A stretch of 64,000 nucleotides of DNA, taken from NCBI GenBank assembly GCA_014729395.1, contig WJJZ01000002.1, positions 64,673 through 128,672 on the forward strand, read 5' to 3'. The notes below the pieces were generated by a model, which was given only the letters and a program-made list of their open reading frames with translations, had not been told where the DNA came from and searched no databases. Made by a program: the position numbers and the translations under genes. The DNA is from Candidatus Magasanikiibacteriota bacterium. Its GTDB lineage: Bacteria; Patescibacteriota; Patescibacteriia; Magasanikbacterales; UBA922. Shown piece by piece: positions 32,646 to 41,756 of the stretch; position 1 is the stretch's first letter, and each line of letters starts with the position of its first letter.

Positions 32646-34715
32646 TTGGTAATTGATCAATCGTTTTTTTGTTCAAAAACCTTTTCTTTTGTGTCTTCAA
32701 CAATTATAGAAAAAATTAAAAAAAATATTAACTTGCTTGTTTCGCAAATAAAAAGAAAAAAGAAGCGATCTTTTGTTGATGCCGAACATGATATAAAATT
32801 ATTACGCAACGCTCACGGACGTAAATTTCCCAGTCTTAAACAGCTAATTAAATTTAAAAAAGTATTAAACAAACGGGAAAAATTTTTTCTGAATTTAGCA
32901 TTTGTTTTTTTTGCGATAGCCATTGTATGGTTCGGAATTGATTTTGTGGCTAAAAACAGAACCAAAGTTCCTGCAGTAGGGGGTACTTATATAGAAGCTG
33001 TCGTCGGTTCTCCGGAGTTAATAAATCCGGTTTTTGCAAGTATGAATGACGTTGACTTTGATATAAGCAGATTGGTTTTTTCCGGATTGCTTCGTTATGA
33101 CGAAAAACAGAGATTGGTTCCGGATTTGGCTGTAAAGTATAATGTAAGTGAAGATGGTCGGGTTTATACCTTTGAATTAAAAAAAGATGTGGTATGGCAT
33201 GATGGCGAGCCTTTTTCAGCGAGAGATGTTGTTTTTACAATAGAAACAATACAAGATCCAAGTGTTAATAGTCCGCTTTTGGTAAGCTTTCAAGGGGTAA
33301 AAGCGGAAGCTATTGATGATTATACGGTTCAATTTACTCTGCAAGAGTCTTTTCCGCCATTTGTATCCAGCTTGACTCTGGGAATACTGCCGGAGCATAT
33401 TTGGGCATCAATTCCCGCTGAAAGAATGAAATTGGCTCAGCAAAATTGGCAGCCCATTGGCACCGGACCTTTTATTTTTACAAATTTAGCTAAGGACGAA
33501 TCCGGATATATCTACAGCTATAGTTTGAGCAGGTATGATAAGTATTACAGGCAAAGTCCTTTTATTGAAGAATTTATTTTTCAATTTTATCCTGAATATG
33601 CCGGACCGGCCGGTGCTATTGAAGCATTGAGAAGTCAAAAAGTGGATGGAATAAGTTTTGTTCCCTCTGATTTAAAAGAAAAAGTAGCTCGAAAACATAT
33701 CAACTTGCACACTTTGCAATTACCGCAGTACACAGCTTTGTTTTTTAATGCCGAGAAGCAGAGTTTGCTTGAAGATTTGGATTTCAAAACATCTCTTGCT
33801 AAAGCGATTGATAAGGATAGAATTTTGCGGGATGTTTTAAAAGGGGATGGTCAGATAATATACAGCCCAATTTTGCCCGGATTCCCCGGATTTAATCCTG
33901 AGATAGAAAAAGTAAATTATTCAACCGAAGAAGCCAATGCAATATTGGATGAGATGTGGGAGAGGATTACATATTCAGATTATAGGCAAGAACGAAAAGA
34001 ATTCATGCTTTCCAAGTGGGAGACTGTTTATGATGAGGAGCATCAGGAAAGCAGCACTTCTACCGAAGACAACACGGAAAACAGCGATGAAGCCAAAGAA
34101 ATGGCGAGAAGAGAAATGGAAGCTGAAATTGATAAGCAGCTGGATGAAGAATTGAATGAAGCACAGATTTTTTTCAGAAAAGACGACGATGGCAATTTGA
34201 TTCAATTAAATTTGGTTACAGCCGATACCCAGGAGTACAGACAAGTAGCCCAACTTATTGCCGGATTTTGGCAGGAAATTGGAATAAAGACGAATTTGAA
34301 ATTCGTTCCTTCACGCAGTATTTCAAGAGAGGTATTGAGAGAAAGGGACTATGATGTTTTACTCTATGGAGAGATAATCGGAAGTGATCCGGATCAGTAT
34401 CCTTTTTGGCATTCCAGTCAAATAGAATTTCCCGGTTTAAATTTAAGTTTATATGAAAATGAAAGAGTGGACGAAATTTTGGAAGAAGCCAGAGAAACCA
34501 GTGATCAGGATAAGATAGTGGAATTATATCAGGAGTTTGAGGATATTATTCTAGAGGAAAAACCGGCTGTGTTTTTATACATGCCAACATATACTTATGC
34601 GACCACAGATGAGATAAAAGGTTTTGATGTTACCAGGATTTCCAATCCGGCTGATCGGTTCGCCGATGTCACTACATGGTACATTGAAACAGACGGAAGG
34701 TGGGATTTTAAATAG
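32646..34715 (+). CDS. Peptide ABC transporter substrate-binding protein (family 5), start uncertain
   Basis: PDLA, WHDGEPFSARDVVFT, PIGTGPF, YPFWHSSQ. Confidence 0.85.
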   Translation: MVIDQSFFCSKTFSFVSSTIIEKIKKNINLLVSQIKRKKKRSFVDAEHDIKLLRNAHGRKFPSLKQLIKFKKVLNKREKFFLNLAFVFFAIAIVWFGIDFVAKNRTKVPAVGGTYIEAVVGSPELINPVFASMNDVDFDISRLVFSGLLRYDEKQRLVPDLAVKYNVSEDGRVYTFELKKDVVWHDGEPFSARDVVFTIETIQDPSVNSPLLVSFQGVKAEAIDDYTVQFTLQESFPPFVSSLTLGILPEHIWASIPAERMKLAQQNWQPIGTGPFIFTNLAKDESGYIYSYSLSRYDKYYRQSPFIEEFIFQFYPEYAGPAGAIEALRSQKVDGISFVPSDLKEKVARKHINLHTLQLPQYTALFFNAEKQSLLEDLDFKTSLAKAIDKDRILRDVLKGDGQIIYSPILPGFPGFNPEIEKVNYSTEEANAILDEMWERITYSDYRQERKEFMLSKWETVYDEEHQESSTSTEDNTENSDEAKEMARREMEAEIDKQLDEELNEAQIFFRKDDDGNLIQLNLVTADTQEYRQVAQLIAGFWQEIGIKTNLKFVPSRSISREVLRERDYDVLLYGEIIGSDPDQYPFWHSSQIEFPGLNLSLYENERVDEILEEARETSDQDKIVELYQEFEDIILEEKPAVFLYMPTYTYATTDEIKGFDVTRISNPADRFADVTTWYIETDGRWDFK

Positions 34716-34721
34716 TAGTTT

Positions 34722-34848
34722 TCAGTTCGCAGCCAACAGTTCGCAGACGTTGTTGTTAGTTAGATATATTGCACTATATCAGACATAAACAATGTTTGTT
34801 GTCTGCGCACTGTGAACTGTAGACTGTGTACTGTGTACTGTGAACTGA
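34722..34848. repeat. Heptamer-period inverted repeat element before tRNA-Leu
   Basis: CAGTTCG-CAGCCAA-CAGTTCG-CAG ... CTGTGAA-CTGTAGA-CTGTGTA-CTGTGTA-CTGTGAA-CTG. Confidence 0.7.
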
Positions 34849-34852
34849 CAAA

Positions 34853-34940
34853 GCCGAAGTGGCGGAATTGGTAGACGCGCTAGCTTCAGGAGCTAGTTCC
34901 CACCTTGGGAGTGCGAGTTCAACTCTCGCCTTCGGCACCA
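34853..34940 (+). tRNA. tRNA-Leu(CAG)
   Basis: GCCGAAG/CTTCGGC acceptor, CTAGC-TTCAGGA-GCTAG anticodon arm, long variable arm, encoded CCA. Confidence 0.95.
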
Positions 34941-35040
34941 GTATTTGTTATCTTCTTTTATAAGAAAAAATTTTATTAAACATTATTTCATTCAAAGCTT
35001 TTTAGCTTATATCTAATTACATCTTCTAAATAATTAATTT

Positions 35041-36891
35041 ATGCAGAAAACATCAAATATAACTCGTAACAGTGGTAGAAAATCTCATCAAAAAAGATCT
35101 TCTAATTCAAAAAGAAGGCCCGGTAGTTCGAGAAAAACAAATAAAAAGAGATCCAACAAGAAAAGAAGAAGTCATGTACAAGGAAAGAAAAGCGGACAAA
35201 AAGTAAATGGTAGCCCGCTCTATAAAAAAGGTGTCCTTCGGATAATCCCTCTTGGAGGTTGTGAAGAAGTGGGAAGAAATATGACTGTTTTTGAGTATGA
35301 GGGGGATATCGTAATTTTGGATATGGGACTCCAATTTCCGGAAGAGGATATGCCGGGAATAGATTTTATAATTCCAAATGTAAAATACTTGGAATCAAAG
35401 TCAAAAAAAATACGTGGAGTAATTTTTAGTCATGGTCATCTCGATCACATCGGCGCAGCGCCGATTTTGTTGGAAAAACTGGGTAATCCACCGATTATTG
35501 GTCGAGATTTAACTTTGGCATTGGTAAAACATAAGCAGGAAGATTATAAAAAGAATTCATCAAAGAAATTAAAAACCATTCGAATTGAAAAAATTAGCGA
35601 TGTCATTAAGTTGGGAAAGTTTAAAATTAAATTTTTTCAGGTTGAGCATTCAATTATGGATGCGGTCGGAGTTATTGTTGAAACACCCGGCGGAATTGCC
35701 ATCCATCCGGGAGATTGGACACTGGAGAGGGACAAGCGTGGTAAGCCGACAGTTGATTACAAGCATCTCAGAAAATTAAAAAAACCAACAGTTTTAATGC
35801 TGGAAAGCTTGGGAGCGGTAAACGAGAAAGCACACGGCAGTTATGAAGAAATGTACAAAAACTTATTAAACATTATTTCCAAATCGCCGGGCAGGGTAAT
35901 TATTGGAACTTTTTCTTCTCAAATTGAGAGAATCAAATGGATTTTGCAAGTAGCGCAAAAACTGGGTAAAAAAGTCGCGCTTGATGGCTATAGCATGAAA
36001 ATGAATGTTGAAATAGCTAAAAAGTTGGGATATTTAAAAATTAAAAAAGGACAGCTGGTCGACATCAGAAAAATAGATAAGTATCCTGATAAAAAGGTTA
36101 TAGTTATTGGAACGGGAGCCCAGGGAGAAGAAAATGCCGTTCTGATGAGAATTGTAAACGGTCAGCATAAATATATAAAACTAAAAAAACAGGATACGGT
36201 CATTTTTTCATCCTCTGTAATTCCCGGTAACGAAAGAAGTATTCAAAGACTAAAAGACAATATTTACAGACAGTGTGATAGAGTAATACATGGTGAAGTA
36301 ATGGATGTTCATGTTAGCGGACACGCCACCAGGGCTGATATTTGGGAAATGATTAGGCAGATCAAGCCGACATATTTTGTTCCGGTATATGCCAATCATT
36401 ATATGCTAAAAGAAGCTGCTTGGCTTGCTCGTGACAATGGCTTTAGGGAAGATAAAATCTTTGTTCCGGACAATGGTTCGGTTATTGAAATAAGTAAAAA
36501 AGATGGAAAAGTTTTGCAAAACAAGGTACCTAGCGACTATGTGTTTGTAGATGGCTTGGGTGTTACCGATACACAAAATATAGTACTTAGAGATAGACAG
36601 GTTCTGGCCGAAGACGGTATGGTGGTGGTGATTGCCACGCTAGATACTAAAACCGGAAAATTGGTGCAAAATCCCGATATAATCTCCAGAGGTTTTGTCT
36701 TTTTAAAAGAAAACAAACAGTTGATAGAAGACTTAAGGCATAAAGTAAAGAAGATGGTCATTGAATCAGACCCGCTAACTTGGGCGGATACAAATCAGAT
36801 AAAAAATGACATAAGAGATAAGGTGGGACAGTTTTTGTTTAGTAAAACTCAAAAAAGACCGATGGTGCTGCCGGTGGTTATAGAGGTCTAA
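35041..36891 (+). CDS. rnj: Ribonuclease J
   Basis: PLGGCEEVGRN, HGHLDHIG, HVSGH, RPMVLPVV. Confidence 0.95.
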   Translation: MQKTSNITRNSGRKSHQKRSSNSKRRPGSSRKTNKKRSNKKRRSHVQGKKSGQKVNGSPLYKKGVLRIIPLGGCEEVGRNMTVFEYEGDIVILDMGLQFPEEDMPGIDFIIPNVKYLESKSKKIRGVIFSHGHLDHIGAAPILLEKLGNPPIIGRDLTLALVKHKQEDYKKNSSKKLKTIRIEKISDVIKLGKFKIKFFQVEHSIMDAVGVIVETPGGIAIHPGDWTLERDKRGKPTVDYKHLRKLKKPTVLMLESLGAVNEKAHGSYEEMYKNLLNIISKSPGRVIIGTFSSQIERIKWILQVAQKLGKKVALDGYSMKMNVEIAKKLGYLKIKKGQLVDIRKIDKYPDKKVIVIGTGAQGEENAVLMRIVNGQHKYIKLKKQDTVIFSSSVIPGNERSIQRLKDNIYRQCDRVIHGEVMDVHVSGHATRADIWEMIRQIKPTYFVPVYANHYMLKEAAWLARDNGFREDKIFVPDNGSVIEISKKDGKVLQNKVPSDYVFVDGLGVTDTQNIVLRDRQVLAEDGMVVVIATLDTKTGKLVQNPDIISRGFVFLKENKQLIEDLRHKVKKMVIESDPLTWADTNQIKNDIRDKVGQFLFSKTQKRPMVLPVVIEV

Positions 36892-36956
36892 CAGATTTGA
36901 CAAACAATTTAAAAAATATATTATAAGAACAGGTCTTTCAACCATAGGAGGTGCAG

Positions 36957-37211
36957 ATGACAATTCAACCTAAAAAAGTAAAAGCGGGTCAGGAAACCAG
37001 AGTAAAGGGTCCGGAACGGATTGAGGTAATTTTCCGAAAAAGCAATGGCTGTACTGAAATGGGTTTCAGTTATACAAATGGTGATGAAGTTGGTTTTTTT
37101 GGAAGAGGTAATGAAGAGTTATTACAAAATTGTTTGAATAAGCATTTTTTGAGTCCGATTGAAACCACATTTGTGATTGAGCAGTATAGAAAAAATTTTC
37201 CGGCGGGATGA
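36957..37211 (+). CDS. Hypothetical protein
   Basis: TTGACA-N17-TATTAT promoter, AGGAGG SD; similar to the next ORF. Confidence 0.65.
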   Translation: MTIQPKKVKAGQETRVKGPERIEVIFRKSNGCTEMGFSYTNGDEVGFFGRGNEELLQNCLNKHFLSPIETTFVIEQYRKNFPAG

Positions 37212-37217
37212 ACTGAG

Positions 37218-37466
37218 ATGAGAGTGAAAGGAGAAAATATTCGCGACTCCATTTATATTCATAATGGGTTGTTGGAGGTTGAGTTTTTGCTGACTGAGAG
37301 TGGCCTATATATATTCTATTTCACTTGTTTTGGTGTGGAATACGGGCCGTTTTCAGACGATGAGGAATCTTTGGCGGCGTTCAACCACCTCTTGAATGAT
37401 TTGGAAATGGATATGGGGGCGAAAAAGTATTTACGCTCCCAGTATAGAAAGATTTTATTTTTCTGA
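37218..37466 (+). CDS. Hypothetical protein, apparent paralog of the upstream ORF
   Basis: Shared RVKG...QYRK; followed by terminator GGGACGA/TCGTCCC-T. Confidence 0.6.
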   Translation: MRVKGENIRDSIYIHNGLLEVEFLLTESGLYIFYFTCFGVEYGPFSDDEESLAAFNHLLNDLEMDMGAKKYLRSQYRKILFF

Positions 37467-37511
37467 CTATTCAGGGACGATCAATTCGTCCCCTTTTTTT
37501 CACAATTATAT

Positions 37512-37663
37512 TTGACAAGCAAAATTTATATTTATATACTCAATTTAGCAGCAAAATCTATGAATCAATTTAGAGTTAACAATTCTTGGTGGAAAGCCCG
37601 CTTGAGTGGGTAGGTTTTGTTTTTTCTTTTTTGCAGAATCGATCCGCTCCGGCGGGTTTTTTT
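37512..37663 (+). promoter_or_regulatory. Trp leader-peptide attenuator (MNQFRVNNSWWKARLSG, 37560-37613)
   Basis: TTGACA-N17-TATACT; tandem TGG TGG; 1:2, 2:3 and 3:4 pairings; T-tract. Confidence 0.85.
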
Positions 37664-37718
37664 GTTTGTGGAATAATGCGTAGCGTGTAGATCGTTTTTT
37701 AAAAAAGGAGGAAAGAAG

Positions 37719-38477
37719 ATGGGAGTTTCAAACACGATACAGTACAATCCGGACATGGTCGGTTACTGGGGAGTGGAGTGGGAGATGTTTTTGCTCAATA
37801 GCGAAGGCCAATATTCTCCCAAAGCTTACGATTTTTTACAGAATGCCAAAAATTACTATGGGCATGAAAGGTGGACCTATGAATTATCCGCGTGTCAGGT
37901 AGAGTGCAGAACCGAGCCAAGTGCCGATCTTAGTGCCTTGGAGTTTGATTTGAGAGAAGCTAAAAAACAAGCTACTCATATCGGGCGAATTATTGGTTGT
38001 AAAACAGTCGGCATTGAGGTCGCCGATGACACACTGTCTTCAGATGTATATGATGATGACGAGCGATATCGGAAATTGGCCAAAACCATTCCACAGGATA
38101 GACTGCGGGCCGCTTGTTCGGTCGCCAATGTACAAGTACATATTGGGTGTCGGGATATTCATCATGCCATTGAAGTAAACAACAAGCTGGTGCCGCACCT
38201 GGAATTTCTTTCCGACATCGGAGATAATTCCAATGGAAACAGACTGAAGTTGTATAAACAAATGGCTAAAAATTGGCATCCGCAGATCTACCGAGATCCT
38301 GAACATTTTGATAAGGTGGCCGAGTCACAGGGGTTTGATCAGGATCTTCGGAATTGCTGGCACATGGTCAGGATCTCTCGGCACGGCACAGTGGAGCTAA
38401 GGATGTTTGGTAATTCGGATAGTGTTAATCACATTCTTTGTTGGGTCAAAGTTGTAGATTGGCTGCTCAAGCATTGA
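37719..38477 (+). CDS. Glutamate--cysteine ligase (GCS2/YbdK)-like carboxylate-amine ligase, short
   Basis: GVEWE, ELSACQVE, QVHIG, GTVELRM. Confidence 0.7.
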   Translation: MGVSNTIQYNPDMVGYWGVEWEMFLLNSEGQYSPKAYDFLQNAKNYYGHERWTYELSACQVECRTEPSADLSALEFDLREAKKQATHIGRIIGCKTVGIEVADDTLSSDVYDDDERYRKLAKTIPQDRLRAACSVANVQVHIGCRDIHHAIEVNNKLVPHLEFLSDIGDNSNGNRLKLYKQMAKNWHPQIYRDPEHFDKVAESQGFDQDLRNCWHMVRISRHGTVELRMFGNSDSVNHILCWVKVVDWLLKH

Positions 38478-38598
38478 ATCTGTTCATTTTTGTATCTTGC
38501 TCTGCAGTTCTTTGGGGGGCTGCAGGGCATTACTTGTTTATACTGAGTTTTTACGATAGTATATATACAAATAAATAATATTCTTTTCGACTAATTTT

Positions 38599-39582
38599 AT
38601 GGCAAAACCAATCATTATATCAGGTATCCAACCCACAGGTAATCTCCATATTGGAAATTATTTGGGTGCGGTTAAAAATTGGGTGGAATTACAAAATTCC
38701 GGCAAATATGAAATGTATATTTTTATTGCCGACCTGCACTCCTTGACCGGTAATATGTCCGCTCTTGATAGACGAGAACAAATTATTAGAACTGCGGTTG
38801 AATTAATGGCCGCCGGGATTAACCCGGAGAAGACTGTATTTTTTGTACAGTCGCATATAACAGAACACAGTGAATTGGCCTGGATTTTTAATTGTGTTTG
38901 CCCCATATCTGAACTTGAAAGAATGACCCAATTCAAAGATAAGTCCGAACGACAAGTAAAAAATATCAATACCGGCTTGCTTACTTATCCGATTTTACAA
39001 GCGGCGGATATTTTGATGTATAAAGCGGCCAAAGTACCGGTTGGCCAAGACCAAATTCAACATATTGAGTTAACCCGCGATATTGCTCGCTGGTTTAATA
39101 ATCGTTTTGAAGACTACTTCCCCGAGACCGAACCACTCTTGACCGAAACCCCAAAAGTGATGAGTCTGCTTGAACCGGCCAAAAAGATGAGTAAAAGTTT
39201 GGGCGAGGGGCATGTGATTGAGTTGGCTGATGAACCCAAAGTAATTGAGAAAAAAATTAAAAAAGCGGTTACCGCGACCGAAGGCGGAGGAGAAGCTCCG
39301 GGAGTAGCAAATTTGTTATTGTTCCTGAAAAATTTTGCTGATAAGTCAGTTTATGATCAGTTTGTGGAAGAAGAAAAAACCGGCAAGATTCAGTATGGTG
39401 ATTTGAAAAAACAAGTCAGTGATTCAATATCAAGCTACTTTCAAAATTTTAGAGATATAAGAGAGGAATTAATGCTTGATCACGATAAAATAGCTGAAAC
39501 ATTGATTGTCGGAGCTGAAAAAGCGAGTGCGGTGGCGAAAAAGACAATGGAGGATGTGAGGAGAATGGTTGGGGTTAGGTGA
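38599..39582 (+). CDS. trpS: Tryptophanyl-tRNA synthetase
   Basis: SGIQPTG, HIGN, YPILQAADI, VPVGQDQ, KMSKS. Confidence 0.97.
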   Translation: MAKPIIISGIQPTGNLHIGNYLGAVKNWVELQNSGKYEMYIFIADLHSLTGNMSALDRREQIIRTAVELMAAGINPEKTVFFVQSHITEHSELAWIFNCVCPISELERMTQFKDKSERQVKNINTGLLTYPILQAADILMYKAAKVPVGQDQIQHIELTRDIARWFNNRFEDYFPETEPLLTETPKVMSLLEPAKKMSKSLGEGHVIELADEPKVIEKKIKKAVTATEGGGEAPGVANLLLFLKNFADKSVYDQFVEEEKTGKIQYGDLKKQVSDSISSYFQNFRDIREELMLDHDKIAETLIVGAEKASAVAKKTMEDVRRMVGVR

Positions 39583-39617
39583 TTGGAGACTGGAGATTGG
39601 AGATTGGTTCGATACTG

Positions 39618-39748
39618 TTGACTTTTTTATAGAAATCTATTATTATATATGCACTATGCAAAGAAAAAATAACAATAATAATTTTGAAGTCTCCTAGGCG
39701 GTGCATAGTTTTACATTACTAAACAAGCCCGCCGAGAGCGGGTTTTTC
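39618..39748 (+). promoter_or_regulatory. Asn leader-peptide attenuator (MQRKNNNNNFEVS, 39656-39697) before tRNA-Asn
   Basis: TTGACT-N17-TATTAT; five consecutive Asn codons; GGCGG/CCGCC antiterminator; GCCCGC-CGAGA-GCGGGT-TTTT terminator. Confidence 0.75.
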
Positions 39749-39750
39749 AT

Positions 39751-39825
39751 TCCCAGATAGTTCAGCGGTAGAACACCACGCTGTTAACGTGGATGTCCCT
39801 GGTTCGAATCCAGGTCTGGGAGCCA
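39751..39825 (+). tRNA. tRNA-Asn(GTT)
   Basis: TCCCAGA/TCTGGGA acceptor, CCACG-CTGTTAA-CGTGG, CCTGG-TTCGAAT-CCAGG, CCA. Confidence 0.96.
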
Positions 39826-41409
39826 AGAGAGATTAAGCGAGGTTAAAGCCTCGTTTTTTCTTTTACTTAAGGGAAAATTTAGCGGTTCTAACCTTGTTAA
39901 TTTGTCGTTGTGATTTTTTGCGTTTTCTAAAATAGGGTTAAGCCAGTCATGCACTGAAATTAGCACTTTTTTGTCTTTAAATTCTCGGTTCGAACCTAAA
40001 CTTGTTACTATTTCTTTTTTCTTTGTTTTGTCGCCATTATTAAAGTCTTCCAAGGCATGAGCAGAGAAACAAAACCTTTCTTTTGTTAGTTCGATTGAAT
40101 CATTTTTTTTGTCCTCGTTATTATTTATATTTTTTAAGTTTGCAATTTGTTTTTCAAGTGTATTCTTTTGTTTTAAGAAATTATTGTCGTCAATCAACTT
40201 TTTACTTCTCATAATAATTAGTTCAGATAACTGATTTTTTAATTCTTCTAACTCGTTATTTTTATTTTTTTCAATAACCTTACTTTGAGATTTCTCTATT
40301 CCTTTCTGTTTATCTAAATGTTTCAAAGTTAAATCAAGAAAATGCGGATGTATAACTAACTTTTCTAATTTATCGGTAACATCTCTCGTTATCTCTTTTT
40401 CTTCAACCGAACCTTGTTTACAATTTGCCTCCTTCTTTTTGTGGGTGCAGTGATAATAACTATATCCTTTAACTTTATTTTTACTTTTAATATACTTTGT
40501 TTTATGTTCGGCTGTAATACTGCAACCGCAAACTGCACACTTAAACATGCCTGCATAAGTAAAATTTTGTTTAGTTGGCTGTCTTTTACATCCTCTTTTA
40601 CCAAGCAGTTCTTGAATACGATTAAATTCATCTAAGCTAAGTAAGGGCTTATGTTTACCTTTGCTTTCTTTGCCATTATAAACGATTATACCAGCGTAAA
40701 AAGGGTTAGATAATATTTTATACCAACTAGAACGAGATAAGCTCTTACCGCCTGATTTTTTCTTTTTCCGTGTTTTATAATGCCACTCATTATTTAAAAT
40801 ATCAAAAACTTCTTGGGCGGTATAAGCACCAGTTAAAAATAAGTCAAAAGCCTTTCTAAGAAGCGTTGACCTCTCTTTATCTACGATGATAGTCCGTTGA
40901 CCTTTCTCTAGTCGTAGATCGTTCAAATAGCCCTCTGGAGCAATCCCAGGTCGCCACCCTAAAGATATTTTTTTCTCCAAACCTCGTTTTACATCTTTAC
41001 CTAATTTTGAAGAAAAATATTGAGATTGAGAAAGGGCTAATTGCAACATCATTATACCCTCGGGAGAGTTATCAAAGTTATATGAAGCAAATTTTAAATC
41101 ATGGATAATCCCAGTTCTCACCAAGTATGTAATACTTGAAGCGTCAATTTCGTTTCGGCTTAATCTATCAGGATGCCATGCAATTATTCCTTGTGCCTCG
41201 CCTAATTTAATCCGTCTAATCATATCTTCAAAGACAGGTCGGTTATATGGTTTAAAGGCAGAGTGTTTTTCCTCCATGACTTCCACAATATCCAAATCAG
41301 GGTGAATTTCTTTCACTTTGTCTTTTTGGTTTTCTATTGATAATGCCTGTCGTTCATCGCCCTCGGTGGACTTTCGAACATAGGCAAAATATTTAGTTTG
41401 AGTATTCAT
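39784..41409 (-). CDS. Large serine recombinase
   Basis: YVRKST catalytic Ser, DRLSRN, NPFYAG, CAVCG...YYHC Zn ribbon, coiled coil; 3' end overlaps the tRNA antisense. Confidence 0.93.
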   Translation of the reverse strand: MNTQTKYFAYVRKSTEGDERQALSIENQKDKVKEIHPDLDIVEVMEEKHSAFKPYNRPVFEDMIRRIKLGEAQGIIAWHPDRLSRNEIDASSITYLVRTGIIHDLKFASYNFDNSPEGIMMLQLALSQSQYFSSKLGKDVKRGLEKKISLGWRPGIAPEGYLNDLRLEKGQRTIIVDKERSTLLRKAFDLFLTGAYTAQEVFDILNNEWHYKTRKKKKSGGKSLSRSSWYKILSNPFYAGIIVYNGKESKGKHKPLLSLDEFNRIQELLGKRGCKRQPTKQNFTYAGMFKCAVCGCSITAEHKTKYIKSKNKVKGYSYYHCTHKKKEANCKQGSVEEKEITRDVTDKLEKLVIHPHFLDLTLKHLDKQKGIEKSQSKVIEKNKNNELEELKNQLSELIIMRSKKLIDDNNFLKQKNTLEKQIANLKNINNNEDKKNDSIELTKERFCFSAHALEDFNNGDKTKKKEIVTSLGSNREFKDKKVLISVHDWLNPILENAKNHNDKLTRLEPLNFPLSKRKNEALTSLNLSWLPDLDSNQGHPR

Positions 41410-41427
41410 AAAATTTATTAAAAACAA

Positions 41428-41552
41428 AAAGGGACGGTCGTGGAGACCCAACTAAACATTACCAAAAGCAATATTTGTCGGCACAAACCGCCCCTTTCTG
41501 GGGACAAATATAAAACAAAAGCTCTCGGTATTTAATTGTTTAGTTAGGTCTC
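41428..41552 (-). promoter_or_regulatory. Structured RNA candidate upstream of the recombinase
   Basis: 16-bp outer stem, 9-bp inner stem, loop complementary to a downstream segment. Confidence 0.55.
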
Positions 41553-41561
41553 ACATTTATA

Positions 41562-41756
41562 CTAACAATAATCATCAGGATTATCAAGATGTTTACTGTA
41601 TTTTTTCCAGTTCTTTTTACTCATCGGCTTATAAGTAATTTTAACAAGCGTAATCAGGGCGGTAGCTTGTTCTAATGCCTCGGCTCTATCAAGGGTTTTT
41701 CCAAACTCTTGTTTATACAAAGCTATGAAGTCATTTAAAAATTCTTCTGTAATCAT
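41562..41756 (-). CDS. Small element-encoded protein
   Basis: 64-aa ORF overlapping the Rep stop codon, between rep and the recombinase. Confidence 0.7.
   Translation of the reverse strand: MITEEFLNDFIALYKQEFGKTLDRAEALEQATALITLVKITYKPMSKKNWKKYSKHLDNPDDYC

Noticed and set aside
34722-34848. Short periodic repeats as a CRISPR array
   Set aside because: The period is 7 nt with no unique spacers, and there are no cas genes in the window.
38478-38598. T-box upstream of trpS
   Set aside because: Too short and no T-box consensus; only a hairpin after the ligase gene.
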